Shown here piece after piece: positions 30,143-38,794 of a stretch of 64,000 nt of DNA. Source of the stretch: a virus; IMG/VR virus record IMGVR_UViG_3300045988_058553, positions 119,095 to 183,094 of that record; one strand, written 5' to 3'. A program made the translations under genes and the position numbers. Under the pieces are notes generated by a model that saw only the letters and a list, made by a program, of their open reading frames with translations, was not told the DNA's origin and did not search any database. Position 1 is the stretch's first letter; each line of letters begins with the position of its first letter.

Positions 30143-30214
30143 CTGGGGCACATGGACTCGAACCATGATTCTTTGATTAACAGTCAAAAGTTCTAACCTT
30201 TGAACTATACTCCA
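30143..30214 (-). tRNA. tRNA-Asn(GTT)
   Basis: Perfect D stem GTTC/GAAC and anticodon arm TTTGA-CTGTTAA-TCAAA, T arm CATGG-TTCGAGT-CCATG. Confidence 0.6.
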
Positions 30215-30588
30215 ATAATTATTTCCTCCCAGACATCTGTAAGTACCCCATTGGTACTTACCTTTTAATGATATTTTTACTCTTGTCCTCTGTATGGAGG
30301 AGGTATTGTTCCAGACACTAACCAAGTGTAGTTCTTAGAACTCTGTTCAAAATACCATTTAGCAGCTTTCTTTACAACATTAATTACTTTCTTCATAACA
30401 TTAAAGTTTAAAATTGTTAATAATTAATCTAATAACAGAGCCACAAAAGGAGTTTAGTTGCGGAGGTAGGATTATTTCCAAATAAATTTATATGCAGTTT
30501 TCAATTTCCCTTTTACACATAAACTAATCTTCTAGCGAACACCTCCATTATAAGTTTTAGCATAACCATTGTGCTATACCCACAAATG

Positions 30589-30663
30589 TGCAGGTAGAGA
30601 GACTCGAACTCTCCCCTCCAGATTGGAAGTCTGGCGTGCTCAATCCATTAACACCACACCTGC
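30589..30663 (-). tRNA. tRNA-Gly(TCC)
   Basis: Acceptor GCAGGTG/TACCTGC, anticodon arm CCAGA-CTTCCAA-TCTGG, T arm GAGAG-TTCGAGT-CTCTC. Confidence 0.65.
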
Positions 30664-30698
30664 ATAATGGAGAGTTTTACGATACTCTCCTAAACGAA

Positions 30699-31043
30699 TT
30701 ACTCAGATAACAGCTCCTGCATATCAATCTCGCCAGCTACCTTAGTAATAGCGATTTTGAACGGATTCCCCTTGATTTTGTCAAACAAGTGAGCATCACG
30801 AGTTTCTTTCACCTCGTCAGGGACGTTAAATTTCTTCTTGCCTTTCTCTATGGTTTTCCATGTAACCACCTCGCAGCGAGTTATCTCGTAAACGCTGTCG
30901 TTTCGGTCAACGTAAACCTTGAAAAAGTTCTTTTTGTAGTTGAACTTCTCAACCCTTTTGAAATTCTTGGGATGAGCGTGGAACTTCAAGTCGCATTTTC
31001 CATTAGCTAAGAAAATCAATTCTGCCATAATAATACTCCGCAT
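30699..31043 (-). CDS. hypothetical protein
   Basis: 114-aa ORF. Confidence 0.4.
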   Translation of the reverse strand: MRSIIMAELIFLANGKCDLKFHAHPKNFKRVEKFNYKKNFFKVYVDRNDSVYEITRCEVVTWKTIEKGKKKFNVPDEVKETRDAHLFDKIKGNPFKIAITKVAGEIDMQELLSE

Positions 31044-31164
31044 AGTCGGAGATTCAAAGTTAAACTATGTTAATTCCAGTCTTTCGTCTGGCACTCCACC
31101 TCGTTTTAACCAATAGCTACTATTATTCACTATTTGAGCTAAGCTCTAAACTGGGATAAAGGTA

Positions 31165-31350
31165 TTAGTCTATGTAAATAAACGGTTTTCCAAATTCTTC
31201 CATGAAGGACTCAAACCATCCCTCCATTTCTTCGTCACTATCAAAATAGATAGATTCATCATGTCTTTTAGAGAACTCCTCAATAGAGAATTTACTCTTA
31301 TCGGCAGAAATCTCATAAGCATATGCATAACCTCTGACGCCTTGCGGCAC
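31165..31350 (-). CDS. hypothetical acidic small protein
   Basis: 61-aa ORF. A competing ORF in another frame is less plausible. Confidence 0.3.
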   Translation of the reverse strand: MPQGVRGYAYAYEISADKSKFSIEEFSKRHDESIYFDSDEEMEGWFESFMEEFGKPFIYID

Positions 31351-31402
31351 ATGGGCCTAAACCATGCCTGTATACCAATTCCAGCATTACCCCTTGCTCT
31401 TA

Positions 31403-31840
31403 CTAATTGTTATTATAATTGTGAAGTTGCATATGACAGTTAGAGCAAACTATCATCAGATTATCCAACTTATTATTATAATGATTATTATCCTTGTGAT
31501 GTAATTCTAAAGGAATTTTCATTCCCATCCACTCTGATAATCCACAACGCTCACACTTATCTTCTTTATATCCATCCTCTATCAATCTTATCCTCTTTCT
31601 AGAATTAGAAATATTAGGATTTCCTATCAGGTCTAAAGCATCTTTTCTCTTTGGGTCTAGTCTTTTTCCCCTAGAGCCTTGATTTCCCTTATACTCTATT
31701 CCCATCTTAATATAATAGGATTTTAGAGTATCGACCTTGCAGTTTAGTCTTCTAGCTATCTCAGCATTAGACTCGTTTTCTGAAATCCATTGTCGGATTT
31801 CCTATTCTCTTTCTAAAATGTCGATTCTTGCCTTTGCCAT
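31403..31840 (-). CDS. HNH homing endonuclease with N-terminal HTH-like extension through TAG
   Basis: CSNCHMQLH motif. With TAG read as sense, the N-terminus extends to MAKARIDILERE-Q-EIRQWISENESNAEIARRLNCKVDTLKSYY (sigma-r4/LuxR-like HTH). Confidence 0.4.
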
Positions 31841-31875
31841 ATTAAATACTATAAATTCCGCCACTACCCCAACTG

Positions 31876-32337
31876 TTAGGTTGCTTTTATTTCTTTAGCA
31901 ACCTTAACCATTTCGTTATATTTCTCTACTACTTTATTAAAGTCTTCTTCAGATATTTGAAAAACTTTGTGAGAGTTTCCATACCACTCTTCTTGACCAG
32001 GAAGCCACGTTATATTAATATACCTCTTCTTTTCTAATTCCATATGTACCTTAGATGAATCAATATAAACTGAATAGGCATCCTCTTCGATTCTACTACT
32101 TCGTGGATCTGTTGGGTCGGATGTAAGTCTGAAAAACATTGTTGACATACCATTGAAGTCTATCTTGAAACACTTTCCTATATAGCTTTTAAGTAGTGCT
32201 TTATGTCTATTATCGCTATCTACCTTCTCTTGGTGTCTCTTCCGTTCTTCTTCCTTAACATATTCATTATACTCTCTTAGAGTGCTGTCTGGATGCTTGT
32301 CCAGATATTCTTCTATAGGACTCTTTCTTCCCCACAT
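31876..32337 (-). CDS. hypothetical protein
   Basis: 153-aa ORF. Confidence 0.4.
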   Translation of the reverse strand: MWGRKSPIEEYLDKHPDSTLREYNEYVKEEERKRHQEKVDSDNRHKALLKSYIGKCFKIDFNGMSTMFFRLTSDPTDPRSSRIEEDAYSVYIDSSKVHMELEKKRYINITWLPGQEEWYGNSHKVFQISEEDFNKVVEKYNEMVKVAKEIKAT

Positions 32338-32338
32338 A

Positions 32339-32755
32339 TTATACTACTTTAAGATGGCAATAAATACTAAATTCTGGAATTGGAATCCAAGTTGCAATAC
32401 CATTGCTATCTACTGGTTTACCCTTGTTGATTGTACAAATAGTGATATGAGGTTTAGCATTTGCACAAGGCAGATATTGGTCTCCCAATTCTACTCCAAA
32501 AGCTATTGCTTTCTCAGAAATCCCTATTTTGTTTACAATTAATCGAAAATTACCATCTATACGATATTGTAGGTCATTAGCCATCTTTTCTTCATGTTGA
32601 TTTTTATGGAGAAGAGTGCAATGATCTAAATAAATAGTACTTCCTCTTTGGAACACCAGATTGCAAATGATGGGATTTCCAATGATAACTTGCATAAGTT
32701 TGTTTCTAGTTGGTTCATCTAAGAACAATCCAAAATACTGATAATTCATACTCAA
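32339..32755 (-). CDS. hypothetical protein
   Basis: 138-aa ORF. Confidence 0.4.
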   Translation of the reverse strand: MSMNYQYFGLFLDEPTRNKLMQVIIGNPIICNLVFQRGSTIYLDHCTLLHKNQHEEKMANDLQYRIDGNFRLIVNKIGISEKAIAFGVELGDQYLPCANAKPHITICTINKGKPVDSNGIATWIPIPEFSIYCHLKVV

Positions 32756-32770
32756 AAATTTAAATATTTG

Positions 32771-32843
32771 TTGGGAGTGCCAGATTCGAACTGACGACCT
32801 CTGGGCTATGCACCCAGCGAGCTGACCACTGCTCTAACTCCCA
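32771..32843 (-). tRNA. tRNA-Met/Ile2(CAT)
   Basis: Perfect acceptor TGGGAGT/ACTCCCA, anticodon arm CTGGG-TGCATAG-CCCAG, T arm GTCAG-TTCGAAT-CTGGC. Confidence 0.6.
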
Positions 32844-32905
32844 TAGATTAATACATTGTCCTAGGCTATACCAATCTATACTATCTATCTTCCGATAAAC
32901 AGATG

Positions 32906-32950
32906 TGGACCTAGAGGGCTTTGAACCCCCGACCTTCTGATTATGAGTCT
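32906..32950 (-). pseudogene. tRNA 3'-half (CAT-type anticodon loop, acceptor TAGGTCC) abutting the HNH gene
   Basis: GACTCATAA-TCAGA-AGGTC-GGGGG-TTCAAAG-CCCTC-TAGGTCC-A. The HNH ORF's TAA stop lies inside the CTCATAA loop. Confidence 0.45.
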
Positions 32951-33537
32951 TTCTTTCTTATTCCTTGAATAACTCTGCGAGTTAATCCAAAATACTGCGC
33001 AACTTTCTCCCAATTCTTAAGTATTTCGTACTGCTCATTTACTTCTTCTAGAGAGGGATAATGTTTATCAGCATCTCTGCATTCCTTAGAACAGTATATC
33101 TTACCCTTAGATTTAGGAAATCTTTTGCCGCATACTGGGCATACAGACCCAGTCATATTTTCAAAAGACGTCTTATCTTTAGCTTCAGTATTAACTAAAT
33201 CTTCAACTTCGTCCATTCCCAAGTGAGGATTATGTACTTCTCTATGACAATTAGCGCATAGAAGTTGACATTTATCTGCTTCCTCTTTAAGCCTTTCTAG
33301 ACTTGTATTAGATAAATGTCTCATATCTAACTGAAACTCTTTCTCATCTGGATTGATATGGTGAAATTCTAGAACAGCTATGTTTCTATCATAGCCACAT
33401 AGTTCACATTTACCACCACGAGATTTTACCAGCTCTAATTTGCGCTTTAAACCTCTTAACTTCTGTGTATTATAATCATTGTAATTCATATACAAATATA
33501 TATGAAAATAATCATAATACCAAATGTTTTGGTGCAA
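32941..33537 (-). CDS. HNH homing endonuclease flanked by tRNA halves
   Basis: CANCHREVHNPH motif plus C-terminal CPVCGK...C zinc ribbon. Bounded by a 12-bp inverted repeat T(G/A)ATTATGAGTC at 32,938-32,950 and 33,644-33,655. Confidence 0.55.
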   Translation of the reverse strand: MHQNIWYYDYFHIYLYMNYNDYNTQKLRGLKRKLELVKSRGGKCELCGYDRNIAVLEFHHINPDEKEFQLDMRHLSNTSLERLKEEADKCQLLCANCHREVHNPHLGMDEVEDLVNTEAKDKTSFENMTGSVCPVCGKRFPKSKGKIYCSKECRDADKHYPSLEEVNEQYEILKNWEKVAQYFGLTRRVIQGIRKKDS

Positions 33538-33657
33538 AATTAAAAATTCAATCCAGAAGTTGTAGGGACGGTGGGGTTTGAACCCACGTGCGACCGACTA
33601 CCCTTTCTACAAGGTATAAGCTTGAGGGGATACGTCCCTATCTGACTCATAATTAGT

Positions 33658-33685
33658 TGCTCTGACCGGACTGAGCTATAGGTCC
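33658..33685 (-). pseudogene. tRNA 5'-half (acceptor GGACCTA + D arm) upstream of the HNH gene
   Basis: GGACCTA-TA-GCTC-AGTCCGGTCA-GAGC-A is a clean acceptor 5' strand and D arm. GGACCTA pairs perfectly with the TAGGTCC of the fragment at 32,906. Confidence 0.45.
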
Positions 33686-33691
33686 TAAATA

Positions 33692-33901
33692 TTATTCGTA
33701 TGCACTTATTGATTTGCATTCAAATATTACCGTCTCCCCTAGAACATCGCTTGGTTTTATATTAAACTTAGCAAATTCTAGCATCAACTTTTCCATTTCT
33801 TCTACAGAATGGGTTTCTCCTATGATACTTTTTCTATCTATAGAAGTTTGAAAATTGGCAAACAATTCTGTAACTAAACAACTATTAATTATTACTCTCA
33901 T
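33692..33901 (-). CDS. hypothetical protein
   Basis: 69-aa ORF. Confidence 0.35.
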   Translation of the reverse strand: MRVIINSCLVTELFANFQTSIDRKSIIGETHSVEEMEKLMLEFAKFNIKPSDVLGETVIFECKSISAYE

Positions 33902-34057
33902 TTCTTACTATTATTTGTTCTTCTGGTTTTAACTTTTCTGCTGCATCAGAGTGTAGCTTACCACACCTAACACACCAACAAACTCCGAATGAATTTTCTC
34001 GAACTTTACATTTACCTTTGTCACAAAACTTGACAACCTTTCTATAATCTTCTGGCT

Positions 34058-34384
34058 TCATAATTTAGAACGTATATCGTTAATTAACGCTTGAATCATA
34101 TGAGTTTGTTCTCTCCATTTGTAATGAAATTCAAGACTGTTAGACTCTTCTTCGGTTAATGGAATATGAAATAATATCTTGTGGTGTATATTTTTAAACC
34201 ATTTCCTCTCAAGCTTCCTACTTTCCTTAGTTCCTACCTCATATCCTCTCTTAGATTTACGGTTCTTAGAACGACCACGTGCCCAACCAAATTGTTTGCC
34301 ATCATTCACCCATTTCCAGTCTGCTCTGGCTTCTTTTTGCCTAAGCCTCTTGTTAATGATATTAATCTTTTCTATCTCTTCCAT
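34058..34384 (-). CDS. hypothetical basic protein (start trimmed to avoid tRNA overlap)
   Basis: The track ORF 34,058-34,492 overlaps tRNA-Gln. The internal Met (MEEIEKINIINK...) at about 34,384 is the plausible start. Arg/Lys-rich. Confidence 0.35.
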   Translation of the reverse strand: MEEIEKINIINKRLRQKEARADWKWVNDGKQFGWARGRSKNRKSKRGYEVGTKESRKLERKWFKNIHHKILFHIPLTEEESNSLEFHYKWREQTHMIQALINDIRSKL

Positions 34385-34398
34385 ATTTGTTAAGTTTG

Positions 34399-34470
34399 TT
34401 GGGCTACTAGGACTCGAACCTAGACTGACAGAATCAAAATCTGTAGTGCTAACCATTACACCATAGCCCA
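34399..34470 (-). tRNA. tRNA-Gln(TTG)
   Basis: Perfect acceptor TGGGCTA/TAGCCCA (U1:A72, Gln-like), anticodon arm ACAGA-TTTTGAT-TCTGT. Near-identical scaffold to the CTA suppressor at 51,273. Confidence 0.65.
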
Positions 34471-34534
34471 ATTTTGGCTTAGCTATTCTCACGAACCACT
34501 AAGTCTATTTACCATGAAAAACACACAATGCAAG

Positions 34535-34611
34535 TGGGACGAGGCAGGATCGAACTGCCGCTAACGTCCTGGATTTTCAGTCCAGCGCTCTACCTACTGA
34601 GCTATCGTCCC
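34535..34611 (-). tRNA. tRNA-Phe(GAA), unusually long (9-nt) variable loop
   Basis: Perfect acceptor GGGACGA/TCGTCCC, D arm GCTC/GAGC, anticodon arm CTGGA-CTGAAAA-TCCAG, T arm GGCAG-TTCGATC-CTGCC. Confidence 0.55.
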
Positions 34612-34866
34612 ATGTCCGTTTATAATATATAGGCATAGATGAAGTAAACGGATAAAACCTTCATCTATGGAAAAGAGTCCCAAAGCAAGTTATGCATTTC
34701 CGAGTATGTTACGCACGTACTAAGGCGACTTCAACGGACTTAAGGTTATTAGCATTGCGCACTACTAATAACGTTTTGCTGGATTTATCCCTCAGCCATC
34801 CACTCTATATACTACATAAGGGGTCTATGCAGTCGATAGTCTACTAAGTGCACTTTCAACTATCAG

Positions 34867-35121
34867 TTATTCCAATTCTAGTATTTTTTTGTTCCACCAG
34901 TTAGTTAAATCCTGTAAAGAAAACTTAAATTCTTTTTCAAAGTCTTCTAACGGAACAACTTCTTCTCCTACTTCTATAGCCCACTGCCAACACGCTTCTA
35001 CTTCTGCTAGTTCAATAGGCTCCTCACATAGCCAAGTATCATCTAGAAGCATACTGAGAAATTCTTTATGAAGGCTTCTAAATATTTCAATTTTATCTTC
35101 CATGAACTTTATGATTTTCAT
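34867..35121 (-). CDS. hypothetical protein
   Basis: 84-aa ORF. Confidence 0.4.
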   Translation of the reverse strand: MKIIKFMEDKIEIFRSLHKEFLSMLLDDTWLCEEPIELAEVEACWQWAIEVGEEVVPLEDFEKEFKFSLQDLTNWWNKKILELE

Positions 35122-35512
35122 CCTGATTCACGAACTCTGCCTTAAGTTTATCCTTATAAAGCGGAATAATAGTATCAGCAGAATCAGTAAAACAAAAGTA
35201 TTGTCCATTACTAAGTCTCTGGAAACGGATATACTTTATCCACCAATGGTCAATAGAATCCAATACCAAATGCCTCCAGTCTCCCTCACCACCCGATGCA
35301 GTCTCTAAACTCTTTAGTAAGGGAATAATCTCGTCCTTATTAAACGAACATTGTTCTACTATAATTCTATTCTTTTTCAGGAATTTATTTAATACTTTCC
35401 AAGGTTGACTTATAGTATCATAAGTAACCATATAAAAATCTCTTGTATCGCAGTGTGCACATTCAAAATCGGATAGCTCTGCGATTGAATCTATGTATTT
35501 CCATTCGCTCAT
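35093..35512 (-). CDS. hypothetical protein
   Basis: 139-aa ORF. Confidence 0.4.
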   Translation of the reverse strand: MSEWKYIDSIAELSDFECAHCDTRDFYMVTYDTISQPWKVLNKFLKKNRIIVEQCSFNKDEIIPLLKSLETASGGEGDWRHLVLDSIDHWWIKYIRFQRLSNGQYFCFTDSADTIIPLYKDKLKAEFVNQDENHKVHGR

Positions 35513-35536
35513 ATCTAATAATTATTTAAGTTAATG

Positions 35537-35624
35537 CGGAGGCAGCTGGATTCGAACCAGCGGGACCCTTTTGAGGCCCGGAGTCTTAGCAGGACTCTGG
35601 TTTAGACCGCTCACCCATACCTCC
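35537..35624 (-). tRNA. tRNA-Ser(GCT), type II
   Basis: Acceptor GGAGGTA/TGCCTCC, anticodon arm GAGTC-CTGCTAA-GACTC, long variable arm, T arm CTGG-TTCGAAT-CCAG. Confidence 0.6.
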
Positions 35625-35684
35625 AAATTGCGAAGGGGCTTTTGTTATACTTTACTAATTCTTTGTAAAGCCCCTTCGCTGTGA

Positions 35685-37643
35685 TTACTTCACTTCTTCA
35701 AACTCAGTAGCTTCTACTTGCTTCTTTCCGAACATTTCCTTTACTGTGTCAGCGAAAGGAATAGAACGTAATAAGTCAAGAGCAGGATTCAAGTTCTCAG
35801 CAGTCTTAGCCATGAAATTACCAGCGGTATTCTCATTACCATAAACAGTAACCTGTCCAAGGTGAATGTGTTCAAACATCTGAGCAGATGCCTGAGCAAT
35901 ACCGGCCAATTGGTCAACAGTCTTGTACTGAACCACCATTTGTGGAGTCAAGCCAGATTCAATCATCTTCTCAACTGCCAAGGCTGGAGCCATTTCGATA
36001 GCTTGAACCTTATCAGCTTCTGCCATCAATGATGCTCTCTTACCTTCAGCTTCAGCAAGCAATTTCTTGCGAGTACCTTCTGCCTCTGCTTCTAACTGCA
36101 GTTTAGTAGCGTCAGCTTTCGCTTCTGCTTCTTTCAAAATCTTTGCAGCTTCTGCTTCTGCTTCCAATACCGCTTTGGCTTTAATTGCTTCTGCTTCAAT
36201 AGTTACTCTCTCTTTTTGTTTCTGAGCAGGAACAATCATTTCAGCTTGAAGTTTTGCTTCCTCTGCCTTAGCAGCAGCTTCGTTAACCTCAATCTGGCGT
36301 TCTTGTTCTGTTTTGGCTACAGCCATTCTTGCTTCTACTTTAGAAGTACCAGCTACCTTTTCTGCTTCAGCTTGTGCCTGTGCAGCTTCTCCTTTTGCCT
36401 TTGATACTTCAATAGTTGCTTTCTGCTCAGCTACTCCAGCTTGCTTGTCAGCTTCTGCAGCCTTAATTCTCTTCTGAGACTCATACTCTGCAGTAGCAGC
36501 TTCTTGCTCATTAATTGCTTTCTGAGTGTCTGCTTCCTGCTTTTGCTTAGCTTGAGCAATACGAGTTTGCTTCAGAGCTTCAGCTTCAGCTTTCTTAGAA
36601 TCTGCTTCTGCCTTAGCTTTAGCTACATTAGCTTCTGCTTCTGCGTCAGCAGCAGCTTTCTTAGAAGCAGCCTCTGAAGCGGATTTCGCTACATTAGCTA
36701 TTCTCTGAGATTCAGCTTCAGCTTTAGCTGATTCTGCTTGAGTGTTTGCACGAGCAATACTAGCTTCTTGTTCCGCCTTCTGTTCAGCGATACCAGCTTG
36801 TTTGTTCTTTTCTGCTTCTGCCAAGCGAATAGCTTTCTCCTGATTAATCTCAGCAACCTTTACTTCCTGTTCTTGCTTAGTTTGAGCAACTGTAGTTTCT
36901 CTTTCCTTTTCAGCATCGGCTACGGCAATCTCACGCTGTTTGTTGGTTTCTGCAATCTGAATATCTCCTTTCTTCTTCTCTTCTGCAATGTCAGCCTGTG
37001 CCTGAGCAAGAGCTTTAGTTGCAGCTTTCTGACCAAGATTCTTGATATAGTTTGCATCGTCCGAGATATCAGCGTTGTTAATATTGATAATACTGAAACC
37101 TACCTTGTTCAACTCAGTTTCAATATTCTCTTTTGCCTTGCCGATAAATTTGATTCTATCAGCATTTATTTCCTCAATCGTCATTGTTGCCATCAAGCTT
37201 CTCACTTCACCAATGAGAATATCCTTGATTTGGTCTGAGATTTCAGAAGTTTTAGCTGTTAAGAATCTGCTTGCAGCGTTTTGCATTAGTACTTGATCGG
37301 TTCCTATACCAGTAGTTAATGTCACAGGAATCCTAACCTTAATCATTTGGCTGGATACTCCCTCTACCATTACCTGAATCTGAATAGGTTTCAAGGACAT
37401 TTTAGCCCAGTCTTGAATGACAGGCATTACGAATGTACCTCCGCCGTGGATGATTTTAGACGGCAGTATAACTTCCTCCGTTTTACCAGTCTTCTCGTTA
37501 ACTACCTTCTTCTTTCCTGCCTTACCAAATACTACCAGGATTTCATCACTAGCACACTTACGATACCGAGACAAAAGTCCGATAAAAGTTACAACTACTA
37601 AGAGTACAATAACACCCGCTACAATAAGAGTTTCTGTTGTCAT
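35685..37643 (-). CDS. flotillin/SPFH (band-7) family membrane protein
   Basis: N-terminal TM helix, SPFH-like region, then a ~350-aa Ala/Glu/Lys/Gln coiled coil (AEAE...KAEA repeats) and a flotillin-like C-terminus. Confidence 0.55.
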   Translation of the reverse strand: MTTETLIVAGVIVLLVVVTFIGLLSRYRKCASDEILVVFGKAGKKKVVNEKTGKTEEVILPSKIIHGGGTFVMPVIQDWAKMSLKPIQIQVMVEGVSSQMIKVRIPVTLTTGIGTDQVLMQNAASRFLTAKTSEISDQIKDILIGEVRSLMATMTIEEINADRIKFIGKAKENIETELNKVGFSIININNADISDDANYIKNLGQKAATKALAQAQADIAEEKKKGDIQIAETNKQREIAVADAEKERETTVAQTKQEQEVKVAEINQEKAIRLAEAEKNKQAGIAEQKAEQEASIARANTQAESAKAEAESQRIANVAKSASEAASKKAAADAEAEANVAKAKAEADSKKAEAEALKQTRIAQAKQKQEADTQKAINEQEAATAEYESQKRIKAAEADKQAGVAEQKATIEVSKAKGEAAQAQAEAEKVAGTSKVEARMAVAKTEQERQIEVNEAAAKAEEAKLQAEMIVPAQKQKERVTIEAEAIKAKAVLEAEAEAAKILKEAEAKADATKLQLEAEAEGTRKKLLAEAEGKRASLMAEADKVQAIEMAPALAVEKMIESGLTPQMVVQYKTVDQLAGIAQASAQMFEHIHLGQVTVYGNENTAGNFMAKTAENLNPALDLLRSIPFADTVKEMFGKKQVEATEFEEVK

Positions 37644-37658
37644 CTTTAAAAATTCTTT

Positions 37659-38186
37659 TTAGTTAAAATAATACTTTCCATTCTCAAATTTTGAAATTCT
37701 CACTTTGTCCCCGTTTTTATACGTCTTATGCTCTTCTTCAGCATAAGCTGACAATTCTTGAAGCATTCCATTTATCTCAACTAAGATAACAGAACTACCA
37801 CCAGAAATATCATTAGGGATAGTGATTGTTCCAATTCTCCCAACTAAGGCTTCACCCTTTTCAGGAATAACTTGATGTTGGAGTTTTAAACAAAGTTTAT
37901 ATAAGTAGTAAAGTATAACCACAAAAAGAATACCGCATATTAATGCGATTAAATAATCGTACCATTCTATAGAATGAGAAACGGAATGCTTAATACAAAG
38001 CCATCCACTTGCTCCCATTACAAAATGTACTAGTCCTTTAAAAGAGACAATATCACTCACATCCATGTCCAATTCTCCATCTAAATCTACATCTAAGTCA
38101 GTGTCGCCACCAAACCAAGAGAGTATGAACTGAACAATAAAAATGCCATACGAAATGGCTGCTAAGAGATAATAAGTTTCGCTCAT
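37659..38186 (-). CDS. NfeD-like membrane protein (SPFH partner, OB-fold C-terminus)
   Basis: Multi-TM N-terminus and a soluble C-terminal domain, encoded immediately upstream of the flotillin-like gene. This matches the classic NfeD-SPFH operon arrangement. Confidence 0.45.
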   Translation of the reverse strand: MSETYYLLAAISYGIFIVQFILSWFGGDTDLDVDLDGELDMDVSDIVSFKGLVHFVMGASGWLCIKHSVSHSIEWYDYLIALICGILFVVILYYLYKLCLKLQHQVIPEKGEALVGRIGTITIPNDISGGSSVILVEINGMLQELSAYAEEEHKTYKNGDKVRISKFENGKYYFN

Positions 38187-38218
38187 TTTGTTTCTAAGTT
38201 TTTAGTTATTGATATTTG

Positions 38219-38291
38219 CATAGGATAAAAGGGTCGAACTCTTACTTTCAGTTTTGGAGACTGACGTGCTAACCATTAACACTAATCCTAC
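38219..38291 (-). tRNA. tRNA-Trp(CCA)
   Basis: Acceptor GTAGGAT/ATCCTAT, perfect anticodon arm TCAGT-CTCCAAA-ACTGA, G18G19 and U8 in place, T-loop TTCGACC. Confidence 0.55.
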
Positions 38292-38297
38292 AGATTG

Positions 38298-38389
38298 AGG
38301 AGGCAGTGGGACTCCAACCCACACATCGCTGTTACACGATTACTGGCAGTTTTCAAGACTGCTGCCTTAGCAATTAGGCTTATACCTCC
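38298..38389 (-). tRNA. tRNA-Ser(TGA), type II
   Basis: Acceptor GGAGGTA/TGCCTCC, anticodon arm GCAGT-CTTGAAA-ACTGC, long variable arm, T arm GTGGG-TTGGAGT-CCCAC. Confidence 0.55.
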
Positions 38390-38533
38390 ATTATAATGAA
38401 ACCTTATATTTATCCCAATCACTGGTTAATGTCTCCCCAGGCAACCTATCATAATCTTCTTGAGATATGGTTATTTGAGAGAATGAGGCTACACTCATAA
38501 AGAGCATAGCCACAATAAGCATTAAAAATTTCT

Positions 38534-38794
38534 TCATTTGTTTAGTACTCTTCTTTTAACTACTCCTGTTCCATTACACATACTACACGATTCGGTATCA
38601 CAAAGAGCACCTGGACCTAGTGTAAGGATGCCTAATACAACTCTAGACCCAGCTGACATCTTTACTTGACCAATTCCATCACAATTTGGGCAATATATCT
38701 CTTCATACTTTATGGTATCAGTTTGATTGTGATTTACTACCTTATCGTGTGTGCATGAGGCAAGCAATAGTAGAATTACAATTAGTCTAGCCAT
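38534..38794 (-). CDS. small lipoprotein with CxxC motifs
   Basis: Signal peptide plus lipobox LLLASC, and two CxxC pairs (CPNCDG, CSMCNG). Confidence 0.4.
   Translation of the reverse strand: MARLIVILLLLASCTHDKVVNHNQTDTIKYEEIYCPNCDGIGQVKMSAGSRVVLGILTLGPGALCDTESCSMCNGTGVVKRRVLNK

Noticed and set aside
32906-33685. Canonical group I intron in a tRNA anticodon loop carrying the HNH ORF
   Set aside because: Joining the two halves at any point in the loop does not give a paired anticodon stem (5' half has ACTAA, 3' half has TCAGA). The non-ORF space (about 140 nt) is too small for a standard group I core. Recorded instead as a split/disrupted tRNA with inverted repeats.
36216-37296. Plus-strand ORFs (36,216-36,404, 36,441-36,677, 36,738-37,238, 37,075-37,296) and the repetitive GCTTCTGC units, considered as a possible CRISPR or tandem repeat array
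   Set aside because: They lie antisense within the flotillin coiled-coil gene. The periodicity is the Ala/Glu heptad coding repeat, not direct repeats with unique spacers.
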